Notes: generated by a model from the letters alone, not told the origin. 64,000 nucleotides of DNA from Candidatus Latescibacterota bacterium (GCA_965205485.1 OZ242180.1:1200535-1264534), one strand, 5' to 3'; positions 46,077 through 56,504 are shown, counted from the first letter of the stretch. Numbers and translations are program-made.

Positions 46077-48796
46077 TGGAACCCAGGATGATCTTGATCT
46101 GTATAATATTGGCCCTCGCGATCCTATTGAGCTTGATACCTGAACGGCTGAACGCTGAACCGGTATTTCGGCCCGATGTCGACCGGAGTCACGTTGCGGG
46201 TCTGAAGCATAGCCTGGCGCCCCTGATGGCGTTGTCAGAAGACGAACTGGCGCGGTTGATTCCGGACCGGTCCGGTTTCCGGTTTGTGGATTGCCCGAAT
46301 TGCGAGGGGGGCGCCGAGGAGAATCAGCTGACGTGGTCGATCGAGGATCCCGACCGCGTCTTCTGCCTGTTCTGCGGCATGTGGTTTCCCAACGAGGTCT
46401 ACCCGGAAAACGGCGTGAAACGGGTGACCAATCCTCGGGGCGAGATCCAGGAGTATCCGTACTGGGAAGCCCCGTTTCCCCCGCCTGCGCAACTGCCGCG
46501 ATCGCTTTCTCATATCGAACCCGATACGAAGTACCGTCACTATTTCCGGGCCAAGGGATGGTACGTCGCCCGGGAATATTTCTCCGATGCGGCGAATCGC
46601 CTCGGGAAGCTCTATCATCTGACCGGGAATCCTTCGTTTGCGCGTAGAGCGGCGTTGATCCTGGACCGGTTCGCCCGGGTTTACCCTGGGTATTGCCCAA
46701 GGTTCGATCCCGCGTTCCGCCAGAAGGTGATTTTCGAGGGGGATCGCTCCTTTCCCTTTCCGGTGTCGCCGTATCTGGCGGCAAAGTGGGACTATTGGGC
46801 GTATGGCGATATACCTTATAACCTGATCTTCGCCTACGATCTCGTTCGAGACAGCGGACAGGTGGACGACGCGATGCGCCGGCGAATCGAGGACGATCTG
46901 ATTCGCGGCAGCGTTTCCTTTGTGCGGTCGTATCCGATTACGCTGAGCAATATGGACCCTGCGATCCTTCGGGGCCTGATTTCCGCCGGGCGGGTCCTCG
47001 CCGAGCCGGCGTACGTGCACGAAGCCGTGCAGTGGATCGGCGACCTGATCCGGAAGCAGTTCTTCGTGGACGGGATGTGGCGGGAAACGGCGGTCTCGTA
47101 TCACAATCAGACGGTGAACGGACTGGCCGACGTAATGGACCTGCTGAAAGGGCATAGCGATCCGAAGGGATATGTCCATCCGGAAAGCGGTGCGCGTTAC
47201 GAGAATCTGGATCTGTCTGGCCGGTTTCCGCTCTTCGAAAGAGCCAGGCGGATTCCGGATCTACTGCGATACCCCAACGGTCGGGTTGTTGCGGTGCACG
47301 ACACGTGGGCGCGGGAGCATCGCACGCCCACCGAATGCTCCAGCCCCTGGCTTCTTGGCGGCTCCGGACACGCATGGCTGGGGCGGGGCAGCGGCGCGAA
47401 CCAGATGCAGGCGCACCTGCACTTTTCGGGAGCATACGGACACGCGCACGCGGACCTGCTGAGTATCACCCTGTTTGCACACGGACAGGAGCGACTGTCC
47501 GATATCGGATATACCTGGACCCACCAGCGGCAGTGGGCGTCGAGCACGCTGTCGCACAGCACCGTCGTTGTAGATGGCGAGGACCAGGCGCGGGGCCATG
47601 AAAGCAACCCGTCCGACGGCAACCTGCTGCTGTTTGTACCGGGAGACAGCGGGTTTCAGGCGGTGGCGGCGCAGGGCAACCGGGCGTATCCGGGGGTCGT
47701 ACGGGACTACACCCGTCTGCTGGTGATGATTGGCGTCTCGGCGCAGGATGCTTACGTGGTCGATGTGTTTCAGGTTGACGGTGGAGAGCGGCACGACTTC
47801 GTGCTGGTGGGAGACGCGAATAACGACGGGGCGATCGAGACGGAACTGGATCGATCGCCGTATGGTGAGACGCTGCTGCCGCCCGGGGTGAAGGTCGTCC
47901 TGCCCAGCGGCGAGACCGTACCCGGATATGCGGAGGGACACAATTTCGCCTATGCGTACGTGAGGGACGTGCGCCGGGCGGGAATCTCCGCCCCATGGAA
48001 GGTGGTCTTCACAAGCGAGGGAGAACCGGAGGGCGGGGTGCGCGTTCACGGGATTTCAGAGCTGGATGGGGAACTGTTGTTCGGGAGCATGCCATCGGTC
48101 CGGCGGGCGGAGGAGAGCGAAGGCAGGCTGGATGATTATACCATGCCTGCGTTGATCCACCGCCGGGAGGGGAAGGACCTCTCCAGCGAATTCGTGAATG
48201 TGCTGGAACCGTTCGGTGAAGCGCCGTTCTTGCGCTCCGTGGAGATGCTGGACAGTGACTCCGACGGTCTGACGCTGAAGATTGAAGGCGTCGATTATAC
48301 GGACTTTCTTCTCCATAGCAGGGAAGGAAGACGAGTGGTTGAGGGAGATATCGTACTGGTTGGCCGCATCGGATTCGTGCGTGAGCGGGACGGCGCCGTT
48401 GAGAAAATGACCCTGGTGGGCGGATCACTCCTGCAAAAGGGCAATGTCATACTTGCGGGAGAAGGCGTCTTCGAAGGCGCGATCCTGGGTGTTTTGCGAA
48501 AGGAAAGTGGTTCGGCTGTTAACGGACTGGTTGTGGACGGCGATGTTCCGGAGGGAGAAGGGTCAGAGGATCTGACTGTCGTGGTCAACGACGGCGCCGG
48601 ATTTTCGCTTGGCCTCAGGTTGTCGGATGTTGTGAGACAGGACGGTAGGACGGTTCTCGTGCTGGCGGACGATCCCGGTTTCGAAATGGAACCGGACGGC
48701 ACGAGCCGGCACGTCTATTTCCCGCGCCGGTCCTGGACCGGAGAGAATCGATATGAGATCATGGACGTGAGGCATCGACTCATGCCGGGTCGTTGA
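46076..48796 (+). CDS. Heparinase II/III-like polysaccharide lyase family protein (membrane-anchored/secreted)
   Basis: - N-terminal hydrophobic segment MILICIILALAILLSLIP.
- C-terminal GHAHADLLSITLFAHGQ matches the H-x-H-x-D...SF.L motif of Hepar_II_III domains.
- Its ATG overlaps the MlrC stop (TGATG). Confidence 0.7.
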   Translation: MEPRMILICIILALAILLSLIPERLNAEPVFRPDVDRSHVAGLKHSLAPLMALSEDELARLIPDRSGFRFVDCPNCEGGAEENQLTWSIEDPDRVFCLFCGMWFPNEVYPENGVKRVTNPRGEIQEYPYWEAPFPPPAQLPRSLSHIEPDTKYRHYFRAKGWYVAREYFSDAANRLGKLYHLTGNPSFARRAALILDRFARVYPGYCPRFDPAFRQKVIFEGDRSFPFPVSPYLAAKWDYWAYGDIPYNLIFAYDLVRDSGQVDDAMRRRIEDDLIRGSVSFVRSYPITLSNMDPAILRGLISAGRVLAEPAYVHEAVQWIGDLIRKQFFVDGMWRETAVSYHNQTVNGLADVMDLLKGHSDPKGYVHPESGARYENLDLSGRFPLFERARRIPDLLRYPNGRVVAVHDTWAREHRTPTECSSPWLLGGSGHAWLGRGSGANQMQAHLHFSGAYGHAHADLLSITLFAHGQERLSDIGYTWTHQRQWASSTLSHSTVVVDGEDQARGHESNPSDGNLLLFVPGDSGFQAVAAQGNRAYPGVVRDYTRLLVMIGVSAQDAYVVDVFQVDGGERHDFVLVGDANNDGAIETELDRSPYGETLLPPGVKVVLPSGETVPGYAEGHNFAYAYVRDVRRAGISAPWKVVFTSEGEPEGGVRVHGISELDGELLFGSMPSVRRAEESEGRLDDYTMPALIHRREGKDLSSEFVNVLEPFGEAPFLRSVEMLDSDSDGLTLKIEGVDYTDFLLHSREGRRVVEGDIVLVGRIGFVRERDGAVEKMTLVGGSLLQKGNVILAGEGVFEGAILGVLRKESGSAVNGLVVDGDVPEGEGSEDLTVVVNDGAGFSLGLRLSDVVRQDGRTVLVLADDPGFEMEPDGTSRHVYFPRRSWTGENRYEIMDVRHRLMPGR

Positions 48797-48870
48797 GGAA
48801 ACGGTTGTTAGGGAGAGGAACACCGAAAAGGCGGGCGACCACAAGGGTCGCCCCTACAAGCTTGCCTTTG

Positions 48871-49235
48871 GCACGAGAAGAAACCTTACAAGGCAGGCAA
48901 TCTCTACCCTCTCCCGTCTTCCGTCTCGCCGCTTCTGAGACCTTCCCCCTAACCCCCTTCCTGTGAGGAAGGGGGAACGGCGATGGGTTGATGTCCTGGG
49001 CATACGAATGTGCCGGGTGGCGATTTCCTTTCGATCAAAGTGTCTGTCGATGACCGGCACGCGAAACCTGGTTTTCTTCCCTCTCTCCTGGTAGGAGAGA
49101 GGGCCGGGGAGAGAGGTCTGCGGGGTGGTGGGGAGGGTTTGCCTTTGACTTTGCCCTTCGTTCTTGCCTTAAGCTGCCTTTGATTCTCGCTTTTGGTTCT
49201 AGCTGACGGCTGATAGCTGATTGCTGATAGCTCTC
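48871..49235. repeat. Composite intergenic repeat region: family 1b copy (48871..48990) plus family 1 copy (49061..49235)
   Basis: - ggcaggcaatctctaccctctcccgtcttccgtctc.
- Hairpin cctctctcct-ggta-ggagagagg plus gccggggagagaggtctgcgggg plus ...agctgacggctgatagctgattgctgatagctc.
- An 8-bp stem hairpin gggcgacc-acaag-ggtcgccc lies at 48833-48853. Confidence 0.6.
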
Positions 49236-49256
49236 TTGATGCAAGGAGATTTCGAT

Positions 49257-51674
49257 ATGGTTCAAATGTCCGACACTACGGAACTGAAAGCCCCGTTTCT
49301 GCCGGCCCAGGAGAATGAGCTCAGCCGGCGCTACCTGAGGATGATCGAGAAATGGATTCCGGTGGGCGTCGAGTATTTTCAGGAATGGCCGGACAGGCCG
49401 AACTGCGGACATTTCTTCGGCGGGTGTCACTGGTACGGCGGCGAAACGGTGCCGCCCATGGAGACGTTCGCCCTGGCCAGCATCTCTCCGGAATACGATG
49501 AGAAAGGGGTCGGCGTCTCCCGGAACGACCTGCAGCGCATGGCAATTATGGGGTTGCGATATCTGTGTTTCACACACGATTCCGGTCCTGACGATTGCGT
49601 GCGACCCAGCGAGGGCATGGGGCGACCCGAGATCTGCGGTACGAAATGGGGCGAACGCGGGTTGGGGTTCTTCAAGGAGAGCCAGTGCGGCGGGCCAATC
49701 TCGGCAATGGGCCGTGTCAGCCTGTTGCTGCGGGACCGGATTGACGACGAGACCTGGATGCTGCTGGCGCGGGTACACGCGGACTACGCCGGCAGGTTCG
49801 GCAACATGGCGCCGAAGAGCGGCATTTACGTGGATACGCAGATGGAAGAAAATGCCTGGACGTCCTACGGATTGACGTCGTGCCACTTGTTCCTTGAGCG
49901 CCACGAAAACGCCGCCGAATGGGAGGCAACCTGCAGGCGTTGGATGTATTCCACGTGCGCGGCGCCCCAGGACGCAAAGGACCGCGGCGCAGTCGGCCGG
50001 AGGACGGCGGGGTCGCTGGCGGGGAAGACGTTTACGGCGCTGCCGGATTACTGGGCGGAAAACCACGGGATGGTGCATCCCAACTACACCTCGTCGGGCG
50101 TCCGCCCGCTCATGGTGGCCGGGGCGCATTTGAAGTTGTGGGGACGGGAACTGCCGCCGGAGTTGCTCTGGAACCGCCGCAGGGTGTACGAAAATCTGAA
50201 GGCGATGACCGATGGATCGGGATACGCCCAGGCCGTGCAGGGGATGGACTGGCACTATCTGCCAACCACCGGAAGCGAGACCCCGCATTCGGCTGCCGCC
50301 GTGTTCTTTGATGACCCGGACGCCGCCGCGCTTCTGCGCAGAGGGCTCCGGAATGCCGAACTGCGGCAGGATGGGAACGGAGGGCGGATGTACGACAGGG
50401 ATTTCGCGGAACGGGCGCACGACCAGCAGGACCCCATGATCATGCGGGAAGTCACCATCGGCGCGGTCGCGCACCAGTACCTGTTTCACCGGCTGTTCGG
50501 TCCCGGTGCGGCGCCCACCCCCGAAAATGAACTCGAACGACGATTGGCCGGGGTACGGGAGTACCCGCACGCGGGTTTCGTACATCACCGGCACCCGAAG
50601 GGGCAGACTTCGTTTTCATGGCGGAATTCCGTGATGGCAATGCCGCTGACCCGAGAGGGGATCTATACGATCGCGCCCTGCTCCGATAGCTGGCTGGGAA
50701 GGCCGGTGGTGAAGGGGCGACCGGACAGCCATCGGCTCAAGCGGGTGCGGGTGACCGACTGCGACGACGGGTTTGCCGCGGCGATGGTCATGGACCGGTG
50801 CCAGGAGTCATTGCGCCAGCAGGTACTCTTCGCCAGCCTGCCCGATGGCCGGGCCCTTTCATTCGAGCGGTTCACGGCCCTCGAAGACCTGACGGTGGAA
50901 TCCCTCGACCAGGGATTTCTGCGGATTACCAATGAACACTTCCTTCTGCTCGAACCGAACTGCCGCGGCGTCCGCACACTCTACCGGCCCGACGGGTCGA
51001 CCGACTACCGGGGCTGGCTGGGCGATCGCGAAGAGGACGATATCGAAGATCGCCTGGGCGGACCGGCCTGGCTGAATATCGACGACCGGCTGGGTATCGT
51101 GTTTTCGGGTACGGGCGACGCGGTTTATCTCAATCGACACTATTACAAGCCCTATCGTGCGATCGCGGATGATCTCACGCTGTCGCACCAGGAACATGAA
51201 AGGTCGCTGCGAGCCGGCGACGATGCCGGCACCCTGGCGGCGTTGGTGATTCCCGAGCAGGCCCACGAGGACACGTCCGCCAGTTGTCTCGACGTCCTGA
51301 CTGGGCCGGATCATAGCGCGTGCCTGGTTACCGACGGCTACCTCGTGGCTGCCAATTTCGCCGGCAAACGCAGGGTGTGTGCGTTTGCTCGGTCCCGGTG
51401 CGAGGAAATCGTTGTCTATACGGGCACTGCGGTCGTTGCGAATGGAGATACCGTACGGTACGACGTGCCGCTCAACAGCGTGAGCGCCTGCCTTCTGGCC
51501 GCGACGCACTCGCTACGCGTGGATGGAGATGTAAGCGCCGAGATCGCGTCGGACGGCGGAATCTATGTGACGAACACGGGTTCCGACCCACAGGTGGTCG
51601 GGATTTCGAGCGGTGAAGATGCGGGCGAGGAGCGGACGATCGACCCCGGAAGGACGATTCGAGTTGAAATGTGA
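49257..51674 (+). CDS. Large hypothetical protein, paralog of 42030..44450
   Basis: AAGGAG 8 nt upstream of the ATG at 49257. Shares conserved blocks with the paralog (see 42030..44450). Confidence 0.7.
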   Translation: MVQMSDTTELKAPFLPAQENELSRRYLRMIEKWIPVGVEYFQEWPDRPNCGHFFGGCHWYGGETVPPMETFALASISPEYDEKGVGVSRNDLQRMAIMGLRYLCFTHDSGPDDCVRPSEGMGRPEICGTKWGERGLGFFKESQCGGPISAMGRVSLLLRDRIDDETWMLLARVHADYAGRFGNMAPKSGIYVDTQMEENAWTSYGLTSCHLFLERHENAAEWEATCRRWMYSTCAAPQDAKDRGAVGRRTAGSLAGKTFTALPDYWAENHGMVHPNYTSSGVRPLMVAGAHLKLWGRELPPELLWNRRRVYENLKAMTDGSGYAQAVQGMDWHYLPTTGSETPHSAAAVFFDDPDAAALLRRGLRNAELRQDGNGGRMYDRDFAERAHDQQDPMIMREVTIGAVAHQYLFHRLFGPGAAPTPENELERRLAGVREYPHAGFVHHRHPKGQTSFSWRNSVMAMPLTREGIYTIAPCSDSWLGRPVVKGRPDSHRLKRVRVTDCDDGFAAAMVMDRCQESLRQQVLFASLPDGRALSFERFTALEDLTVESLDQGFLRITNEHFLLLEPNCRGVRTLYRPDGSTDYRGWLGDREEDDIEDRLGGPAWLNIDDRLGIVFSGTGDAVYLNRHYYKPYRAIADDLTLSHQEHERSLRAGDDAGTLAALVIPEQAHEDTSASCLDVLTGPDHSACLVTDGYLVAANFAGKRRVCAFARSRCEEIVVYTGTAVVANGDTVRYDVPLNSVSACLLAATHSLRVDGDVSAEIASDGGIYVTNTGSDPQVVGISSGEDAGEERTIDPGRTIRVEM

Positions 51675-51699
51675 ATTCAATATCGTGAGGGAAACGATC

Positions 51700-51965
51700 G
51701 ATAACCTTCTGCGAGCTCAATGACGTTCGTTGTCTGTGCTGAGCGTGTCGAAGCAAGCTCGTCGAAACGCCGTCATAGAGCTTCTTAACGTGTACGCTGC
51801 CTTGATTGTCAGCACAGAGCTTGTCAATGCAAACTCGCGGAAGCCGAGCCGGTTCCTGGAGCTTGCGGTCCCTTAGCTTGCGTTCATTGAGCTTGTCGAA
51901 ATGCCCGCGATTCGGTTCCCTTCGACAGCCTACGCCGGCCCTTCGACAAGCTCAGGGAACGGCTA
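51700..51965. repeat. Degenerate tandem array of about 25-30-bp units containing GAGCTTGTCGAA / TTCGACAAGCTC words (family 2), ending in an element of about 80 bp
   Basis: gagctcaatgac, caagctcgtcgaaac, agagcttcttaac, agagcttgtcaatgc, ggagcttgcgg, tagcttgcg, then cattgagcttgtcgaaatgcccgcgattcgg...cccttcgacaagctcagggaacggc. Further copies lie at 56505..56573 and 41863..41905. Confidence 0.55.
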
Positions 51966-52028
51966 AGGACAAGCGCGAATAGGCCGCACGGTTTTCCCTG
52001 GATATCGAAATTACGAGGAGACATCTCC

Positions 52029-54563
52029 GTGAACGATCATCTTCTTCTGCAAAACAGCGCCCTCTCCCTGAATTGGGAGGACGGAAAGCTTCAGGTGGAG
52101 AATCGCCGGTCGGGTATCAGCCGTAACTTTGACTTTCCGGCCTTCATGATTCGGCTGGGCGACGTGGAGATTCCGGCTGACCATTTCGTTCAGACCGGTA
52201 TGGAGGCCGGTTCGGACGAGGTGGCATTTGACTGTCGTCACGAAACGACCGGCATACGGGCCCGGGTGCGGTACTGGATCGAAGGAGAGAATCCCTGGTT
52301 CAGGAAGCAGTTGACGCTCGAGGCGCCGGACAGTCCGAGCGCGCCGACCCCGGACCGGCTCTGGGTGGATCTGCAGGAAAGTCCGCCGCGCCCGATGCGA
52401 CGGGTGGGATACAGCGTCCGCGGCGGGCCGGACACGGAGGAACAGTCCGGGCTCGACTCGTACGCCCCGCCGGTACCGGGTTGCGGGTATCCGGTGTGGG
52501 CCGGAGACTGGTTTGTCGGGCTCGAGCATCCGGTGGGGTTTGTGGTTCCGGGCGAGAGGCTGGAACTCTTCCACCACCCGGTCTGGGACGATGAACGACG
52601 CATTGAAAGCTACACCGCGGTCTACGGCGCGGCAGAGCGTCATGGATCGGTGCGAGACGCCTTCATGGACTATCTCTGGCAGGTTCGCCTTCCCAGGCTG
52701 TCAATGCCGATTTTCCATCTCTCCGTAGGATGGTCGGTGCGTTATCTGGGCAATCGGGAGTATCTCGACTCGTTCGATATGAACCAGGCCTACGCCGAGG
52801 CGGTATCGGACCTCGGCCTGACGCCCGACTCGCTTGCATTTGACGCGGGCTGGTTCGACAGGAAGTCCATCTACAGGCACAAGGGCGACGATGAGGAGGA
52901 TTCGCGGCTCATCACGTTTGCGGAGGACTTGAAACAGAAGGGATTCTCGCTGGCATTGTGGGTGACGCACAACGGTCCGGTTGGTTTCGATACCGACTGG
53001 ATTCAGGAGCAGGGATGGCGGGTTGGCGAGGGGCCCGGCTCCTACGGAAGCGGAACGTTCGTGGTCATGGCGCAGCCGTCCTTCGAAGAGGCCGTGGCGC
53101 GGCGCTGGGAGCGGCTGGTGAGGGACGTAGGGACGGTGCATCTGAAGATCGATTGGGACAACGAGTGCGCCACCCATCCCGATTTCCAGGAACGTCTACC
53201 CACGCCACATCACATGCGCGAGGCCTCGATCAACGCGTTCAATCGGATCGACCGCCGGCTGCGGGCGATCAATCCCAAACTGGTGACACGGAACGGATGG
53301 TGGCCCAGCCCATGGTGGCTGTGCCTGGCGAACCACACGTGGCTGATACATTCCGGGGATTGCGAATACGCGTCCTGGCCGGCTCGCACCCAGCGCGACC
53401 GCGCTCTGACGCACCGGGACACGGTTTATTATCAGATCATGCGCAAGGCGGAAACGCCGATCTTCTTCGACGCGTACGACAATCACGAATTCGTGCAGGC
53501 ATTGACCAATGCGTTCGGCGACCCGGACCATACGTGGCTGGACAACCTCGTGCTGGCGGCCTGCCGCGGCACCACCTATATGCCGATGCCGATCAATCCC
53601 GAAAGCCTGAGAGAGAACCGGGCGGGGCAACTGCAGGCGATGATGGACTGGATGCGTTTCAACGCGGACGACCTGGGCACGAAGGAGACGCGGATGGTGC
53701 TGGGGAATCCCGCTTTCGGCGAGGTCTATGGCTTCCTGCATCCTTCGGGCGGAAGCGCATGGCTCCTGCTCCGAAATCCTTCCGTCGAGCCCCAGACGGT
53801 GGATCTTCGCGCGGACCTCGGATTGGGGTATGCGCCGGGGACCATACGGCAGGTGTATCCCTTCTGGCAGGACCTCGATGGTTCCGTAACCTTGCTGGGG
53901 AACGAAGTCCGCTTGATGAAGATCTATGCCGACGAACAGGAGGACGTCTCGCCCATACCGGACGCGCCGTTCATGGCGCGGTTGTGCGATGGCGGGTGTG
54001 AACACCTGTTTCCAGGGGACCGTCGGCTCACGGCCGACGTGGGGCCCGCGGTGCATCCGGACATGCAGATCCCCGGTCTCTCCGCCGAAACAACCTGCGA
54101 TGAACTCAGCGAAGGGGCCCACAGGATGCAGTGGTACGTCGCGGTGCCGCACCGGTTCGAGCGTCCGGAACTGCAGGTTGTTCTGCTCGGACCGGAGGAA
54201 GTGCTGGATGGCGTGGATGTCCGCGCCGGCGGGTCGCGGTACAAGGGCGTGCCTTCAAGATATTCGTACGTGACCCAGCGCATCCACCGGCAGGGCCGAA
54301 GCAGCCACGGCTCGGCCAGGTTCCTGCCCCCCGTGGGACCGAAGGAACGGGACGACTATCTCTTCAACATTCACGAAAGCGGATGGGCATCGGTAACGGT
54401 GGATCTTACCGGCGACGACCTGGATGCACTGACGGTAAAGGCCTGGGTCGCCGGGTACGAGGCGCCCGCCAGACGGACGATTGTCCGGGATACGCCGCCG
54501 ATGCGCGGCCCCCTGCTCCCGGTCCATCCGTACGGATTTTCCAGATGTATCGAGATCAGGTGA
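52029..54563 (+). CDS. Glycoside hydrolase family 36-like (alpha-galactosidase-like) protein
   Basis: SLAFDAGWFD resembles the GH36 DDGWF motif and HLKIDWDNE the KWD.N motif. Start is GTG at 52029 with AGGAG about 10 nt upstream. About 840 aa. Confidence 0.55.
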   Translation: MNDHLLLQNSALSLNWEDGKLQVENRRSGISRNFDFPAFMIRLGDVEIPADHFVQTGMEAGSDEVAFDCRHETTGIRARVRYWIEGENPWFRKQLTLEAPDSPSAPTPDRLWVDLQESPPRPMRRVGYSVRGGPDTEEQSGLDSYAPPVPGCGYPVWAGDWFVGLEHPVGFVVPGERLELFHHPVWDDERRIESYTAVYGAAERHGSVRDAFMDYLWQVRLPRLSMPIFHLSVGWSVRYLGNREYLDSFDMNQAYAEAVSDLGLTPDSLAFDAGWFDRKSIYRHKGDDEEDSRLITFAEDLKQKGFSLALWVTHNGPVGFDTDWIQEQGWRVGEGPGSYGSGTFVVMAQPSFEEAVARRWERLVRDVGTVHLKIDWDNECATHPDFQERLPTPHHMREASINAFNRIDRRLRAINPKLVTRNGWWPSPWWLCLANHTWLIHSGDCEYASWPARTQRDRALTHRDTVYYQIMRKAETPIFFDAYDNHEFVQALTNAFGDPDHTWLDNLVLAACRGTTYMPMPINPESLRENRAGQLQAMMDWMRFNADDLGTKETRMVLGNPAFGEVYGFLHPSGGSAWLLLRNPSVEPQTVDLRADLGLGYAPGTIRQVYPFWQDLDGSVTLLGNEVRLMKIYADEQEDVSPIPDAPFMARLCDGGCEHLFPGDRRLTADVGPAVHPDMQIPGLSAETTCDELSEGAHRMQWYVAVPHRFERPELQVVLLGPEEVLDGVDVRAGGSRYKGVPSRYSYVTQRIHRQGRSSHGSARFLPPVGPKERDDYLFNIHESGWASVTVDLTGDDLDALTVKAWVAGYEAPARRTIVRDTPPMRGPLLPVHPYGFSRCIEIR

Positions 54564-54612
54564 GGCGGCGCGCAACTGAAATTGGATTGTCCTTCTGAAG
54601 GGAGGCTTTGAA

Positions 54613-55491
54613 ATGGCGCTGAGGCACGATGCCGGACAGGACGTCTGGCACTTCGCGACGGAGCAGATGGCGGGCTACATCCAGCCTGACGGGGACCGTC
54701 ATGGAATCAAGGAGTTGACGCACAAATCGACGGGCGCGCAGGTGGTACACCCGAAGTACGACCTTCTGAATCTGTTTTTCATGTTTTCGCAGAACCACTG
54801 TATGGGGCAGGCCCGCGAGAACGAACGCAGCATTACGTCCGACGGCAATGCGATCGAAGTACACTGGGCGGGGACAGATGATCACAAGGCCGAGATGACG
54901 GCAAGGTACGAAGTCGTCGAACCCAATGCGGTGGACCTTTCGATCACCGTGAAGTCGAACTGGCCGTACCCGGCTTATGAAGTGTTCCTGTCCAACTATT
55001 TCGACCTGTCCCTGCGGCCGTACGTGTATGTCCAGGGCAGTCCGTTCGATATTCCGGCCGATCAGGCGCGATGGATCGCGCCGGAAGTGAACGACGTTTT
55101 CGTGGGAACGGGACTGGTATTCTCGAGGGACCAGCACGCCGCGCGCCGGTCTACCGACGGGCGATGGGACCGGATCTGGGGCCTGTACCAGTGGAATCCC
55201 CAACGGTATTTCGAATCGCCGGTGATCATGAGCGCGAACCTGGAAACGGGCGTTGCAGGCGTACTGATGTCCAGACCTCAGGACTGTTACGCGGTCATCA
55301 GCGGGTACCAGAGCGAAAACATGAAGGACCCGTTCAGGGACCAGAATCCGCTCTACCTCTCGTTGTTCGGAGATGACTTCCGCGTCGGGGATGAACGGAC
55401 CGTGCAGGTGCGGTTCGCCGTCACCGAAATCGACGAATCGATGACGCAGCCGCTGGCGTTGTACGAGGCGTTTATGGCGGAGAAGGGGTAG
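54613..55491 (+). CDS. Hypothetical protein
   Basis: 292-aa ORF immediately downstream of the GH36-like gene. No motif recognised. Confidence 0.5.
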   Translation: MALRHDAGQDVWHFATEQMAGYIQPDGDRHGIKELTHKSTGAQVVHPKYDLLNLFFMFSQNHCMGQARENERSITSDGNAIEVHWAGTDDHKAEMTARYEVVEPNAVDLSITVKSNWPYPAYEVFLSNYFDLSLRPYVYVQGSPFDIPADQARWIAPEVNDVFVGTGLVFSRDQHAARRSTDGRWDRIWGLYQWNPQRYFESPVIMSANLETGVAGVLMSRPQDCYAVISGYQSENMKDPFRDQNPLYLSLFGDDFRVGDERTVQVRFAVTEIDESMTQPLALYEAFMAEKG

Positions 55492-55507
55492 GACAGGGCA
55501 TCAAGTT

Positions 55508-56278
55508 TCACGGCATCCAGATATTCCACTTGCCGTGCTTTTCCCAGATGCGGCAGGGGTCGCAGGTACACATCCACCGGATTGCGAAACGCGGTTTGCT
55601 GCCTGTATTGAGCGACCCGGCGTGTACCAGCAGGTAATGAAAGAACAGGACGTCGCCCCGGGACGGCGTCAACTCGATCGGCGCGCTCAGATCGAACTTT
55701 TGCGTTGGGTTCTGCAAATCCGGCAGCATGCGAAACCTGTCGGGATCCCGCACCGCCCCATCTCTGAGCGTACGATGCGAACCCGGCCAGACTGCCGTTC
55801 CGCCACCCTGCGCGACACCGGAATCGAGATACGTCAGCGACGAGACGCGGAATGATCCGGGAAAGATGCTGAACGGTCGATGTACGCCATCGGCATGCCC
55901 GCTGTGGTGACTCCAGCTTCCCGACACCGGAAATACGCTGCGCGTCCACACCGCCTCCGGCTGAGGTCTCTGGCAGCGAAACGCCGCCTCATTCTTGCGG
56001 GCTAGCTGGCTCTGCACGTCGTAAAACGCGGGAGTACAACATGCCAGCAACTCAGGGTCCTTGAGCCCGAAATGTTCAACCACCCCCTGGCTGGCCACCG
56101 TCGTTACGCCATCGGCATTGTCCGGTAAAGGAGACCACGAAGCCGGATCGTCCCGATCCATACCGAGGACAGACCACATCGTTTCCTCCGCGCCAGCGAT
56201 TGTTGTTTCCGGAATCAGCCCCGACACCATCACGTACCCGTCCCGGTCATATTGTGCAATCTGCGCTTGCGAAAGCAT
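55508..56278 (-). CDS. Phytanoyl-CoA dioxygenase (PhyH) family Fe(II)/2-oxoglutarate oxygenase
   Basis: N-terminal LSQAQIAQYDRDGYV. H.D and a distal H consistent with a 2-His-1-carboxylate facial triad. Confidence 0.7.
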   Translation of the reverse strand: MLSQAQIAQYDRDGYVMVSGLIPETTIAGAEETMWSVLGMDRDDPASWSPLPDNADGVTTVASQGVVEHFGLKDPELLACCTPAFYDVQSQLARKNEAAFRCQRPQPEAVWTRSVFPVSGSWSHHSGHADGVHRPFSIFPGSFRVSSLTYLDSGVAQGGGTAVWPGSHRTLRDGAVRDPDRFRMLPDLQNPTQKFDLSAPIELTPSRGDVLFFHYLLVHAGSLNTGSKPRFAIRWMCTCDPCRIWEKHGKWNIWMP

Positions 56279-56504
56279 GGACGTCTCCTGGATAGAAGGA
56301 CATTCGGGTAGACCTTGAGTGTCGTCCCATATAATATCGGTCGATCGAACACCTAAGACACACTATCCGTCGTCAACACGGTATTCAACAAGGAAGCATC
56401 AAAACACTTCGCCGCTTCAATGTTTGTTGAAGAGATCTCACGTGCCTAACATCGGCCGGTCCCTGACTCTGTGCGAAATCGAAGATCGCATACCGAAGCG
56501 TGGT

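Noticed and set aside
48833-48853. An 8-bp perfect hairpin gggcgacc-acaag-ggtcgccc right after the heparinase-like stop, considered as an intrinsic terminator
   Set aside because: It is not followed by a U-tract. It is more likely part of the REP-like repeat cluster.
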